Source: Waddliaceae bacterium (lineage in GTDB: Bacteria > Chlamydiota > Chlamydiia > Chlamydiales > SLOH01). Taken from it: a stretch of DNA of 15,731 nucleotides. How positions within the stretch are numbered: the stretch's first letter is position 1; every line of letters begins with the position of its first letter. The translations under genes and the position numbers were made by a program. Under the pieces are notes generated by a model. The model saw only the letters and a program-made list of their open reading frames with translations, did no database searches and was not told where the DNA came from. The stretch is taken from positions 12,799-28,529 of the forward strand of contig JBBDJA010000012.1 in assembly GCA_040880105.1 (NCBI GenBank). Direction: 5' to 3'. Below, one piece after another: positions 6,759 to 15,731 of the stretch.

Positions 6759-7370
6759 TTATTTTACAGCTGTTTTTTTGAGTCTCTCAAGAGCGGCAGT
6801 CAGTTGCTTGGTCATTTCTTCGCGCGCCTGCTTTGCCGGAAGGTCTTTGAAATCTTTAGGGTAGATGGGGGTACCATATGTGACGGTAATTTTTCCAACG
6901 GGCCACGGAAGGAAATTTTTTCTTGGCCATGCCTGGCCGGCCCCGCTAATATAGGTAGGTACAATAGGGGCTTCTCCGCGAAATGCAATGAGAGAGACAC
7001 CGGGTTTAATTTCAAGGAGATTGGTATCAAAACTGCGCTCTCCTTCAGGAAAGATGACGACTTTTTTACCCTCTTTTAAAATTTGAAGAGTGAGCTTTAA
7101 CGAGTGAAAGCTCTCTGCAGTTTCGTTGATAGGGTTTGCGTTTAATTGTTTGAGAAACCATCCAAAGGAGGAAAACCTAAAAAGCTGAGATTTAGCGATA
7201 AAGTGCACCTTTTCTTTAATAGAAGCGCCGATAATAGGAGGATCGTAATAGGAGCTGTGATTGGGGGCAATGATGGCAGCTCCCTTAGGCAGATTTTCTA
7301 TTCCATAGACTTGGAGGCGGTAGAAGAGGTGGAAGATCATTTTGAAACAAAAATGAAAAAACGAATACAA
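6759..7370 (-). CDS. plsC: 1-acyl-sn-glycerol-3-phosphate acyltransferase
   Basis: NHSSYYD (HX4D) and IFPEGER motifs. Follows cmk. TTG start at 7370 (ATG 7340 is an alternative); an in-frame stop lies shortly upstream. Confidence 0.9.
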   Translation of the reverse strand: MYSFFHFCFKMIFHLFYRLQVYGIENLPKGAAIIAPNHSSYYDPPIIGASIKEKVHFIAKSQLFRFSSFGWFLKQLNANPINETAESFHSLKLTLQILKEGKKVVIFPEGERSFDTNLLEIKPGVSLIAFRGEAPIVPTYISGAGQAWPRKNFLPWPVGKITVTYGTPIYPKDFKDLPAKQAREEMTKQLTAALERLKKTAVK

Positions 7371-7390
7371 TTTACAAAAACCAGCTGAAT

Positions 7391-8065
7391 TTATTTAGCT
7401 TTTGTATCGCGAAACTCCAAAATGATGTCAATGATTTCATCAACTGTAAGATCTGATGTGTCAACGACAAGGGCGTCTTCATGTTGTCGAAGAGGGGAGA
7501 TCTTCCGTTCTGTATCAAACGTGTCGCGTTGATTAATCTCTTTGAGAACATTTTCAAATGTTAGATTCTTTTCCTCTTCAGGAAATTTTTCGAGCATTTC
7601 TTTATACCTTCTTTCAGCTCGTACATCTGGACGGCCTGTAAGAAAGACTTTAATTTCGGCATCAGGAAAAACAACAGTTCCCATGTCTCTCCCTTCAAAA
7701 ACAGCATTTACACCTTCTGAAAATTTCCGTTGAATATCAACAAGCGTCTCTCGTACCTCTTGGATTGCAGCGATTTTTGAGGTTAACTGTGTCACTGCAG
7801 GCGAGCGAATTTCACGCGTGACATTTTCCTCGTTCCAAAAATATTGCTTCTCATCTTGGTTGATTTTTATATCAAAAACAAACGAATCGAGGAATTTTCT
7901 AAGTTCTGCTTTATCATTGTAGTCAATGTGATTCTTTATCAGTGCATAGGTAAGCGTTCTGTACATCGCGCCGGTGTCAAAATAGATGAATTGAATGCGG
8001 CTTGAAAGTTTTTTTGCAATGGTGCTCTTCCCTGTTCCAACGGGGCCGTCAATTGTGATGATCAT
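7391..8065 (-). CDS. cmk: Cytidylate kinase
   Basis: IITIDGPVGTGKST P-loop, YFDTGAMYR, VFEGRDMGTVVFPDAEIKVFL, RDTFD..R.ISPL. ATGA overlap with cdsA. Confidence 0.96.
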   Translation of the reverse strand: MIITIDGPVGTGKSTIAKKLSSRIQFIYFDTGAMYRTLTYALIKNHIDYNDKAELRKFLDSFVFDIKINQDEKQYFWNEENVTREIRSPAVTQLTSKIAAIQEVRETLVDIQRKFSEGVNAVFEGRDMGTVVFPDAEIKVFLTGRPDVRAERRYKEMLEKFPEEEKNLTFENVLKEINQRDTFDTERKISPLRQHEDALVVDTSDLTVDEIIDIILEFRDTKAK

Positions 8066-8877
8066 GAGTACGCCTTTAGTGTTTGTAAGAAAAAGTATAG
8101 AAAGGGAGTTGCAAAGACGAGAGAATCAATTGTGTCAAGAACGCCGCCAACCCCTGGGATATGCGCGCTATCTTTTACACCGATATCTCGCTTAATCAGT
8201 GATTCCGCAAGGTCTCCAATAATCATAAAAATTGCCAGGGAGACAGCTAAAAAAACAGCTTGAGATAATCCAAGTAATGGATGAGGAGTTAAATAATTGA
8301 AGCAGATGGTAATGAGAATCGCAAGCAAGGTTCCACAAGCGGCTCCTTCCCAAGTCTTATGCGGACTGATTGACGGAGCAAGCGATTTTCTTCCAAGCAT
8401 TGACCCAAATAGATATCCGCCACCATCAGTTGCCGCTTTGATGAGCAACAGATAAATCACCCACAATTTCCCGTCATCTAGATAGATGATTCGAAGAATT
8501 GAACTTAAAGGGAGCGTAAGATAACCGATTCCAAAAAGCGTCATAGCTAAGGAGAGAAGAGGCTTGTCTCCAAAATAAAAGTAATAGCAAAATCCAAAAA
8601 AGAGTGTAAAAAAGAGAATTGCCTCTTCCAAAAGAAGGGGATGGCCGATCCAGATTGCCACTAAATAAAGTATCGTTGAGGTGATCCCTAAGTATTTCAT
8701 TGAAGGATATCCCTTAGCTTCACATAAGTGATACAGCTCAAAAAGAGCAAGGCTAAGAATGACAGCGCACAAAACAGGAAAAATTAAAGAGAAAGGTCCT
8801 TGGGAAAGCCATATGGCAGACAAAGAGCCGATAAGTAAGAGAGTTCCAATGAGAGTGCGATAGACAATCGGTTGCAC
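8062..8877 (-). CDS. cdsA: Phosphatidate cytidylyltransferase
   Basis: DGGGYLFG, SISPHKTWEG and GDLAESLIKRDIGVKDS..IPGVGGVLDTIDS signatures. Start moved to GTG 8877, preceded by GGAGGA 7 nt upstream, overlapping the end of uppS. Confidence 0.95.
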   Translation of the reverse strand: MQPIVYRTLIGTLLLIGSLSAIWLSQGPFSLIFPVLCAVILSLALFELYHLCEAKGYPSMKYLGITSTILYLVAIWIGHPLLLEEAILFFTLFFGFCYYFYFGDKPLLSLAMTLFGIGYLTLPLSSILRIIYLDDGKLWVIYLLLIKAATDGGGYLFGSMLGRKSLAPSISPHKTWEGAACGTLLAILITICFNYLTPHPLLGLSQAVFLAVSLAIFMIIGDLAESLIKRDIGVKDSAHIPGVGGVLDTIDSLVFATPFLYFFLQTLKAYS

Positions 8878-8881
8878 GGCC

Positions 8882-9631
8882 TTATCCTCCAAGTCTTCGG
8901 TTGCGTTTTTGAAACCAGTCAATAGCTAAGCTAAGGTCTTGTTTAGAAAAATCCGGCCAAAGGGTAGTTGTTATATAGAGTTCTGCATAAGAAAGCTGCC
9001 AGAGTAAAAAATTACTGAGCCGATTCTCACCACTTGTTCTAATGAGTAAGTCCGGGTCCGGCCATTTGGCGGTATCAAGGAAGGAAGAGAGTTTTTTTTC
9101 ATCAAGTTCGGTCACTCCCTCTTCTATCATCCGGTTAAAGGCTCGGCAAATTTCATTTCGACTTCCATAGTTCAAAGCCAAAATCATACAGACATTGTCC
9201 AGGTCTTTTGTTGCATCTTTTGTTTTTTTTATCTCTCTTTGGATCTCTTCAGAAAACTGTGAAAGGTCTCCAATCGTTTCTAAACGTATGCCATTCTCGA
9301 TCATTTCCTCTCTTTTCACAATAAGAAATTCAAGTAAAAGATCCATTAATTGATCGATTTCATTTTTAGGACGCGCCCAATTTTCTGTAGAGAAGAGATA
9401 AAAGGTGACAAATGAAATACCGAACGTGCTGATATTGAGGACGGTTTCAATGATTTTATTTGAGCCTGTCTTGTGGCCAAAAAAGGATTTTCTTAAATTT
9501 TTTTTCGCCCAGCGACGATTGCCGTCAGGAATAATGGCAATATGCGTTGGCAATTGATTGCCGCTGGTGTGAGGAGTTTCACTTCGCGAGTCGTTTTTTG
9601 CGTGAAAAATAGGCGCTAAAATTCCTGTCAT
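8882..9631 (-). CDS. uppS: Undecaprenyl diphosphate synthase (cis-isoprenyl transferase)
   Basis: [53 protein letters not shown] and C-terminal RRLGG. ATGA overlap with lepA. Confidence 0.96.
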   Translation of the reverse strand: MTGILAPIFHAKNDSRSETPHTSGNQLPTHIAIIPDGNRRWAKKNLRKSFFGHKTGSNKIIETVLNISTFGISFVTFYLFSTENWARPKNEIDQLMDLLLEFLIVKREEMIENGIRLETIGDLSQFSEEIQREIKKTKDATKDLDNVCMILALNYGSRNEICRAFNRMIEEGVTELDEKKLSSFLDTAKWPDPDLLIRTSGENRLSNFLLWQLSYAELYITTTLWPDFSKQDLSLAIDWFQKRNRRLGG

Positions 9632-11436
9632 TCTTCAGCCTTTAAAACGTCCATGAATGCGGATTGAGGAATGTTGACTTTACCGATTTCCTTCATGCGC
9701 TTCTTTCCTTTCTTCTGCTTTTCCCAAAGCTTTCTTTTACGGCTGATATCTCCACCGTAGCATTTAGCGGTAACATTTTTAGAGAGCGCGCGTATCGTCT
9801 CTCTAGCGATTACTTTTCCGCCAATTGCAGCTTGAATAGGAACGCGGAACAGTTGCATGGGGATCACATCTTTTAGCTTTTCACAGATCGCTCTTCCTTT
9901 TGATTCTGCTTTAGAGCGATGGACCAGACAAGAAAAAGCGTCGACAGGTTCTTCGTTTACTCGAATTTCAAGTTTGATAATATCGCTTCGACGATAGTCT
10001 TTATGGTCGTAATCATAAGAGCCATACCCTTTGGTGATCGACTTGAGCTTGTCATTAAAATCGGTGATAATTTCATTCAAAGGAAGCTCAAACGTAAGAA
10101 GCAGTCTCTTATCACTGACATTTTCAGTCTTTAGACAGCTTCCTCGCTTATCAGAACAGAGATTCATTACAGCCCCCACGTACTCTGCAGGGGTCATTAG
10201 AAAGCACTCAACCCATGGCTCTTCAATCCAACTAATCGTTGAAGGATCAGGGAAAAAGACCGGATTATCCACATGTTTTTTCTCTCCATTCGAAAGTAAG
10301 ACATGGTAGACAACGCTTGGGGCTGTAGAGATGATATCGAGATCAAATTCTCGGCTTAAGCGTTCAAAAACGACCTCAAGATGTAAAAGTCCAAGAAATC
10401 CGCATCGAAAGCCAAATCCAAGAGCAGTGGAGCTTTCTTGCTCGATGTAGAGAGCTGAATCGTTCAGTTGTAGCTTCGAAAGACCATCTCTAAGCAGAGG
10501 GAAATCCGATGAGTCAATAGGATAGATTCCGGCAAAGACAACCGGTTTGACCAACTGGAATCCCGGTAACGGCTTCTTAGCGGGATGTTGCGCGAGTGTA
10601 AGAGTATCGCCAATTTTCACTTCGGATGGATTTTTTATGTTGCATATAAGATACCCAACCTCTCCGGAATACAATTTGTCGACCTTTACTTCTTTTGGAG
10701 TGAAAATTCCAACTTCAAGCACTTCATACTGTTTATCAGTGGCCATCATTTTAATGCGCATGCCTTTCTCTAATTCGCCTGAAATCATACGGACATAAGT
10801 CATGACTCCTCGATAAGTGTCGTAGTGAGAGTCAAAGACAAGTCCTCGGAGGATGTCATCTTCCGGCTCTTTAGGAGGGGGGATCTTCTTTACAATTTCT
10901 TCTAAAATGTCTTCGATGCCAATGCCGGCTTTTGCTGAGCAATGCACAGTTTCTGAACAGTCAAGACCGATTACATCTTCGATTTGGCGCTTTACTTCCT
11001 CTGGGTTTGCTTGTGGAAGATCGATTTTATTTAAGACTGGAAGGATCTCTAAGTCTCTTTCTAATGCTAGATGGACATTGGCTAAGCTTTGCGCCTGGAC
11101 GCCTTGTGCGGCATCAACGACTAATAGAGCCCCTTCGCATGCAGATAGGGAACGAGAAACTTCATAGGTAAAATCCACATGTCCGGGTGTGTCGATCAAG
11201 TTTAATTGGTAAATGTTTCCGTCCATTGACTTAAAAAGCATGCGTACAGGTCTTGCTTTGATCGTGATGCCACGCTCTCTTTCAAGATCCATATTATCTA
11301 ACATCTGCTCTTGCAGTTCGCGTGTTGAGACAGTGTGTGTAAATTCAAGCATGCGATCGGCCAAGGTGGACTTCCCGTGATCAATGTGGGCAATGATTGA
11401 AAAATTTCGGATATTTGGGTTATACTTAGATGACAT
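9628..11436 (-). CDS. lepA: Translation elongation factor 4 (LepA)
   Basis: [64 protein letters not shown]. 602 aa. Confidence 0.98.
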   Translation of the reverse strand: MSSKYNPNIRNFSIIAHIDHGKSTLADRMLEFTHTVSTRELQEQMLDNMDLERERGITIKARPVRMLFKSMDGNIYQLNLIDTPGHVDFTYEVSRSLSACEGALLVVDAAQGVQAQSLANVHLALERDLEILPVLNKIDLPQANPEEVKRQIEDVIGLDCSETVHCSAKAGIGIEDILEEIVKKIPPPKEPEDDILRGLVFDSHYDTYRGVMTYVRMISGELEKGMRIKMMATDKQYEVLEVGIFTPKEVKVDKLYSGEVGYLICNIKNPSEVKIGDTLTLAQHPAKKPLPGFQLVKPVVFAGIYPIDSSDFPLLRDGLSKLQLNDSALYIEQESSTALGFGFRCGFLGLLHLEVVFERLSREFDLDIISTAPSVVYHVLLSNGEKKHVDNPVFFPDPSTISWIEEPWVECFLMTPAEYVGAVMNLCSDKRGSCLKTENVSDKRLLLTFELPLNEIITDFNDKLKSITKGYGSYDYDHKDYRRSDIIKLEIRVNEEPVDAFSCLVHRSKAESKGRAICEKLKDVIPMQLFRVPIQAAIGGKVIARETIRALSKNVTAKCYGGDISRKRKLWEKQKKGKKRMKEIGKVNIPQSAFMDVLKAEE

Positions 11437-11521
11437 ATTATTCTAGAATTTTAGGGTCCCCGGTTATTTTGGAAATCCAGATGACTCATTTGGCGATTTA
11501 ACTAACTAAAGGGTTGCGTCT

Positions 11522-11605
11522 TGCGGCTAAGATGATTCGAACATCCACCGAGTTTCCTCGACTAGAACCTGAATCTAGCTCGTCTACCGATTCCGCCATA
11601 GCCGC
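11522..11605 (-). tRNA. tRNA-Leu (anticodon CAG); CCA not encoded
   Basis: Minus strand GCGGCTA TG GCGG AATCGGTAG ACGA G CTAGA TTCAGGT TCTAG TCGAGGAAACTCGGT GGATG TTCGAAT CATCT TAGCCGC A. It has a 7-bp acceptor stem, anticodon CAG (11569-11571), a long variable arm with CGAG/CTCG stem, a TTCGAAT T-loop and A73. 84 nt. Confidence 0.96.
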
Positions 11606-11656
11606 AGTTGATAATAAATAGTAAATCACATTAGAATTTTATGCTAGGATTTCATT

Positions 11657-12799
11657 ATGACAAAATACAATAAAGATCACCCGTTTTTAGCGACTATAAA
11701 AAAACGATATTCTCTTTGCAGCGAAGGGTCTAAAAAGCACACACACCATATCGTTCTTGATTTAACCGGATCCGGTTTAACTTATGAGGTGGGTGATTGC
11801 ATCGCGATTTTTCCTGTCAACGACCACCAACTTGTTGAGAAGACATTACAAGCCATCGGTTCGACTGGAAAAGAGGTGATTCAAGACAAAAAGACCGGCG
11901 AAAACTGGATTCTTTATGACTATTTGCAAAAAAAAGCGAATTTGCGTGAAGTGACCCGTAGCCTGGTAAAAGAAATCATTAATAAAGATCCCCTTGATGA
12001 AAAAAAAACGCGACTGGAAAAGCATTTACAAGGTGGCCGAGAGAAATTTCAAGAGATCCAATCGCATTTTGAAGTTTGGGATTTACTTAGCGAGTATCCG
12101 GAAGCAACATTCTCTCCACAAGAGCTTAGCAACCTACTTCTGCCGTTACTTCCAAGATTCTACTCAATTGCCTCCTCTTATCAAGAGGTTGGTGAAGAGG
12201 TTCATTTAACGGTTGTTCTGCAGGAGTATGAGACCAGATGCACGAGACGACTTGGCGCATGCTCTCACTACCTTTGCTCTCTTGTTCCTCTTGAGCAATC
12301 CGTTGTTCCAATTTATATCCAGCCTCATAACGGATTTACTATTCCTGAAGATCTAAACGCTCCCATGATTATGATCGGTCCCGGGACCGGAGTCGCTCCG
12401 TTTCGCGGTTTTCTACAAGAACGGGTAGCAAAAGGGGCTACAGGTTCCCATTGGCTGTTTTTTGGTGAATGGCATGAAAAGGAGAACTTCTTCTATAAAG
12501 AGTATTGGAAAGAGTTGGAATCTCTTGGAAAACTTCGGCTCGATGTGGCATTTTCCCGTGATCAAGAAGAGAAAATTTACGTTCAGCATCGAATGAAAGA
12601 ACACAGCAAAGACCTTTTTAATTGGCTACAAAGTGGGGCTTTTCTTTATGTTTGCGGAGATGCAAAGCGGATGGCAAAGGATGTAGAAAAAACGCTTCTT
12701 GAAATTATTCAACAGGAAAAAGGCTGTGATGAACAGGAAGCAAGAGATTATATTAAAAATCTGCGCCGCTCAGGAAAATATTTAAGAGACGTTTACTAA
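11657..12799 (+). CDS. cysJ: CysJ-like FAD/NADPH oxidoreductase lacking the N-terminal flavodoxin domain
   Basis: [61 protein letters not shown] and C-terminal YLRDVY. At 380 aa it has no FMN-binding domain. Confidence 0.85.
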   Translation: MTKYNKDHPFLATIKKRYSLCSEGSKKHTHHIVLDLTGSGLTYEVGDCIAIFPVNDHQLVEKTLQAIGSTGKEVIQDKKTGENWILYDYLQKKANLREVTRSLVKEIINKDPLDEKKTRLEKHLQGGREKFQEIQSHFEVWDLLSEYPEATFSPQELSNLLLPLLPRFYSIASSYQEVGEEVHLTVVLQEYETRCTRRLGACSHYLCSLVPLEQSVVPIYIQPHNGFTIPEDLNAPMIMIGPGTGVAPFRGFLQERVAKGATGSHWLFFGEWHEKENFFYKEYWKELESLGKLRLDVAFSRDQEEKIYVQHRMKEHSKDLFNWLQSGAFLYVCGDAKRMAKDVEKTLLEIIQQEKGCDEQEARDYIKNLRRSGKYLRDVY

Positions 12800-13284
12800 G
12801 ACTCTTTCTTAACAGCAGTTAAAATAGCAAAACACTGCACACCGTCCCCACAACCAAAATCTGTCAGACCCTCGCCTGTTGTTGCAGTGATCCCGACCTG
12901 AGAAGGGGTGATTTCAAGAATCCGCGCAATATTTTCTCGCATCTTAGGGATATGCTCCAGAAATTTCGGGCGTTTGGCTTCAAGTGTGATTGCAAGATGT
13001 TCAATTTGAAGCGAGCCTAATGTTTTTAGTCCCTCTTTAAGATAGACTTCACTATCGACAACCCCTTCTTTCAAGCAAAGTTCATCTGCGATTCCACCTA
13101 AAATAGGGATAGTTGTAAGAGAGCTAATTGCATTGCAAATCGCATGAAAGATGACATCGCCATCAGAATTTGCATTAAATCCCGGAACCTCATCGAAGAC
13201 GATACCGCCAATGACGCACTGTTTTGAAGAGTCTGTCGGCAAAAAGCGATGGCTATCTTGACCGATACCGATTTTTGTTGTCAT
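12796..13284 (-). CDS. ispF: 2-C-methyl-D-erythritol 2,4-cyclodiphosphate synthase
   Basis: [35 protein letters not shown]. Start moved to ATG 13284 (162 aa). Its stop overlaps the cysJ stop by 4 bp. Confidence 0.95.
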   Translation of the reverse strand: MTTKIGIGQDSHRFLPTDSSKQCVIGGIVFDEVPGFNANSDGDVIFHAICNAISSLTTIPILGGIADELCLKEGVVDSEVYLKEGLKTLGSLQIEHLAITLEAKRPKFLEHIPKMRENIARILEITPSQVGITATTGEGLTDFGCGDGVQCFAILTAVKKES

Positions 13285-13290
13285 AGATCT

Positions 13291-13343
13291 ATTCTGACAC
13301 AATATAAAATCAGTTGTCAAGAAACGTATAAGAGTGGTATCTA
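13291..13343. promoter_or_regulatory. Putative back-to-back promoters for ispF and murA sharing one -35 region
   Basis: Minus strand: TTGACA(13320-13315)-N18-CAGAAT(13296-13291) with an upstream TG. Plus strand: TTGTCA(13314-13319)-N18-TATCTA(13338-13343) with an upstream TG. Confidence 0.5.
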
Positions 13344-13350
13344 ATTGAGC

Positions 13351-14721
13351 ATGGAAGTTCTTAAAATAAAAGGCGGCGGGTCACTTAATGGCAAAATTAA
13401 GGCCTCCGGCGCTAAAAATGCTGTCACTAAACTGCTTGTCGCCTCACTGATCTCAGATAAAAAGTGCGTTTTTTATAACGTACCGAATATTGGGGATGTC
13501 GAGATCACAGTTGCCCTTTGCCGAGAAATCGGAGCCCAAATGCATTGGGATAAGGAAGCTGGAATTATTGAAACAGTGACACCTGAGTTAAAGACCTCCT
13601 ACGTACCCCAGCGATTTTCCGGTGCGAACCGCATTCCGATTCTCATGATGGGAGCGCTCCTCAGCCGTACCGATGAAGAGATCATTGTCCCGACAGTCGG
13701 GGGATGCAATATTGGCCCAAGGCCTGTGGATTTTCATATCGAAGCTCTTAGGAAATTAGGCGCAGTTATCGAGTATCGTGGCATGAAGCGAGAAGGCGCA
13801 TATTTTGCCCATGCACATAATGGCTTGAACGGTGCTGTTCTCAATCTTCCGTATCCTTCTGTCGGCGCGACCGAGAATAGTATTCTCGCTGCCGTCACCG
13901 CTAGGGGAACGACAATTATTAGAAATGCAGCCTCAGAGCCTGAAATTTTTGAACTTATCCTTTTTTTACAAAAGCTTGGCGCATGTATCACAGTCGATGT
14001 AGATCGAACAATTCGCATTCAAGGAACAAGAAGATTCTATGAAGTCGAGCACACCGTGATACCCGACAGAATCGAGGCAGTCTCTTGGGGAATTGCCGCT
14101 ATTGCTACCAAGGGGCGAGTGTTTATCGAAGGCGCAAATCATGAGCATATGATTACGCTCCTCAATAAAGTACGCGAGGTCGGCGGCGGATTTGATGTGA
14201 AGAAAGGGGGAATTGAATTTTTCTACGACGGGCCGTTTCAAGGGGATATACACTTAGAAACTGACGTCCATCCCGGGTTCATTACGGATTGGCAGCAGCC
14301 CTTTGTTACGCTTTTGACACAAGCCACAGGAACTTCAGTGATTCACGAAACGGTCTATGAAAATCGTTTTGGCTATACAGACACTTTAGTTGAGATGGGC
14401 GCAGACATTACTCTCTTCCGCCAATGTCTGGGGGGAAAAGAGTGTCGCTTTGCCACTCAGTCACACGCGCATAGTTTAATTGTAAAAGGTCCGACACCTC
14501 TTAAAGGCGGTCATATTGAAATTCCCGACCTACGTGCCGGTTTTGCCTATTTGATGGCTGCTTTAATAGCAGACGGAACTAGCACAATTTCAGGCTTAAA
14601 ATTCCTTGACCGTGGATATGAGACAATCGTCGAAAAGCTTGGCTGCCTTGGCGTCGATGTTGTCCGCGTAAAAGAAAATGTAAAGAAGGAAAAAGAAGCG
14701 CCCTCTTTGCTTTTAAAATAA
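13351..14721 (+). CDS. murA: UDP-N-acetylglucosamine 1-carboxyvinyltransferase
   Basis: [64 protein letters not shown] 13351 preferred over TTG 13345. Confidence 0.97.
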   Translation: MEVLKIKGGGSLNGKIKASGAKNAVTKLLVASLISDKKCVFYNVPNIGDVEITVALCREIGAQMHWDKEAGIIETVTPELKTSYVPQRFSGANRIPILMMGALLSRTDEEIIVPTVGGCNIGPRPVDFHIEALRKLGAVIEYRGMKREGAYFAHAHNGLNGAVLNLPYPSVGATENSILAAVTARGTTIIRNAASEPEIFELILFLQKLGACITVDVDRTIRIQGTRRFYEVEHTVIPDRIEAVSWGIAAIATKGRVFIEGANHEHMITLLNKVREVGGGFDVKKGGIEFFYDGPFQGDIHLETDVHPGFITDWQQPFVTLLTQATGTSVIHETVYENRFGYTDTLVEMGADITLFRQCLGGKECRFATQSHAHSLIVKGPTPLKGGHIEIPDLRAGFAYLMAALIADGTSTISGLKFLDRGYETIVEKLGCLGVDVVRVKENVKKEKEAPSLLLK

Positions 14722-14740
14722 CGATTCTCATTTGAATCGT
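14721..14740. other. Perfect 7-bp inverted repeat directly after the murA stop (possible terminator, mRNA 3' stem or operator)
   Basis: ACGATTC-tcattt-GAATCGT. No adjacent U-tract, so its function is uncertain. Confidence 0.4.
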
Positions 14741-15063
14741 CAGCTCTTTGCTTAGTACATAAAATCTCTTGCGTTTCTGTTTGAAAAATCGCCTAGTCCT
14801 TTAAAATTTTCGGTCGATATTACCTCTAGGCTCATCAAATTTATTCTGATTTTTTGTTTTCAATTTACAGACTTTTCATTGGACTAAGAAAGATCTGAAT
14901 AAGATTAACCCTCAAATTTAGCCTCCTTTTACTAAAATTCGCACTACTTAACCAAAATTTGAACGGACTATATTCATTTAAAAATTCCTATAAGTGACTG
15001 ATACAGGAACCCTTTCGTTGAAATTTGGTGAAACTTATCGCTAAATATAGTACAATGTTTCTC

Positions 15064-15582
15064 ATGCTAACAATTCCTAACTTCATATCGTTTTTACGAT
15101 TACCCCTCGGTCTGTTATTTTTAACACACGATATTTACGTGCGAACTGTTGTTGTGATTTTAGCCTTATTGTCAGATGGATTAGACGGCTTTATTGCACG
15201 CCGCTACCGTCAAACCAGTCTCTTTGGCACATTGTTAGATCCAATCATGGATCGATTCTTTGTTGTCTTTGCCATCTCCATTCTCTTTTATGAAAATAAA
15301 ATCACCTATGGAGAGAGTTTAACACTCTTTGCCAGGGATTTTTCTGTGATGCTGTACGGATTTTATCTTATGATAAGAGGAAGGCTCAGTCGCCTGCATT
15401 TTCGAGCGATTTGGATCGGAAAGGCTACGACCTTTTTGCAATTTCTTGTCATTCTAGCATTGATCTTTCATGTTCAGATTCCGAACTTCATTTACATTCT
15501 ATTTGTTGTATTGGGTTTCCTCGCTCTTGCAGAGCTCTATCTCACCTCGAATCATTCCCGTTCTCACACAAAAGTTCTTTAG
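15064..15582 (+). CDS. pgsA: CDP-alcohol phosphatidyltransferase (PgsA family)
   Basis: LTIPNFISFLR start motif and the SDGLDGFIARRYRQTSLFGTLLDPIMDR catalytic signature. Start is ATG 15064 or 15055. Substrate specificity cannot be determined from the sequence. Confidence 0.85.
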   Translation: MLTIPNFISFLRLPLGLLFLTHDIYVRTVVVILALLSDGLDGFIARRYRQTSLFGTLLDPIMDRFFVVFAISILFYENKITYGESLTLFARDFSVMLYGFYLMIRGRLSRLHFRAIWIGKATTFLQFLVILALIFHVQIPNFIYILFVVLGFLALAELYLTSNHSRSHTKVL

Positions 15583-15731
15583 GAGCTCTTAAGGAACCCC
15601 TTCTAAATAACAATATCTAAGAAGTGATGAAGTTTATGTTCTCATATTCTGTTCCTTTTGTTTCATATCGAGGGTTTTAGAGCGTCTAGGTTGTCAATTG
15701 TTTCATTCTTCTAAGCGGGATAGAGATTATC

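Noticed and set aside
9664..11171. Multiple + strand ORFs inside lepA (and similar ORFs inside murA, cysJ, cmk, plsC, exbB)
   Set aside because: These are antisense or off-frame shadows of well-supported conserved genes, with no recognisable motifs.
11437..11656. 6S RNA or riboswitch in the lepA-cysJ gap, or tRNA as an integration site
   Set aside because: The structure is fully explained by tRNA-Leu. I saw no duplicated tRNA 3' end or integrase in the window.
12796..13284. IspF NSDGD instead of HSDGD as a sign of inactivation; hctA-ispF proximity as a functional module (the IspF product is reported to release Hc1 from DNA)
   Set aside because: The metal ligands (D-x-H and the later H) are intact and I recall the Asn variant as typical of chlamydial IspF. 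The two genes are 12.5 kb apart in separate transcription units.
15583..15731. Possible gene end or terminator at the right edge
   Set aside because: Only short open frames and no convincing hairpin. Not enough sequence to call.

Overview
This is a core-genome window from a member of the phylum Chlamydiota, probably an environmental (non-Chlamydiaceae) lineage. Support: an Hc1/HctA histone-like gene, a chlamydial-type IspF next to a flavodoxin-less CysJ, and a MurA that has the chlamydial-type insert but keeps the catalytic Cys. Gene order: partial hctA (-); TPR protein; a translationally coupled exbB-exbD-(89 aa TonB-anchor-like)-(73 aa TM/Zn-ribbon)-murJ chain (+); a 727-aa secreted WXXGXW-repeat protein with a Pro/Arg-rich tail (-); tRNA-Leu(CAG)-lepA-uppS-cdsA-cmk-plsC (-); cysJ-like reductase (+); ispF (-); murA (+); pgsA-like (+). 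The ORF track misses hctA and the tRNA and over-extends several starts (murJ, cdsA, ispF, murA, pgsA). I saw no CRISPR array, IS, integrase or prophage. Best leads: (1) an ExbBD-type proton motor with a headless TonB/TolA-like partner and a membrane Zn-ribbon protein, coupled directly to the lipid II flippase gene; (2) a recurring -10 box 6-7 nt before SD-less ATGs, suggesting leaderless mRNAs, including a 66-bp ispF/murA bidirectional promoter sharing one -35; (3) the very Trp-rich WXXGXW protein. All family assignments come from motif recognition by eye, not database searches.
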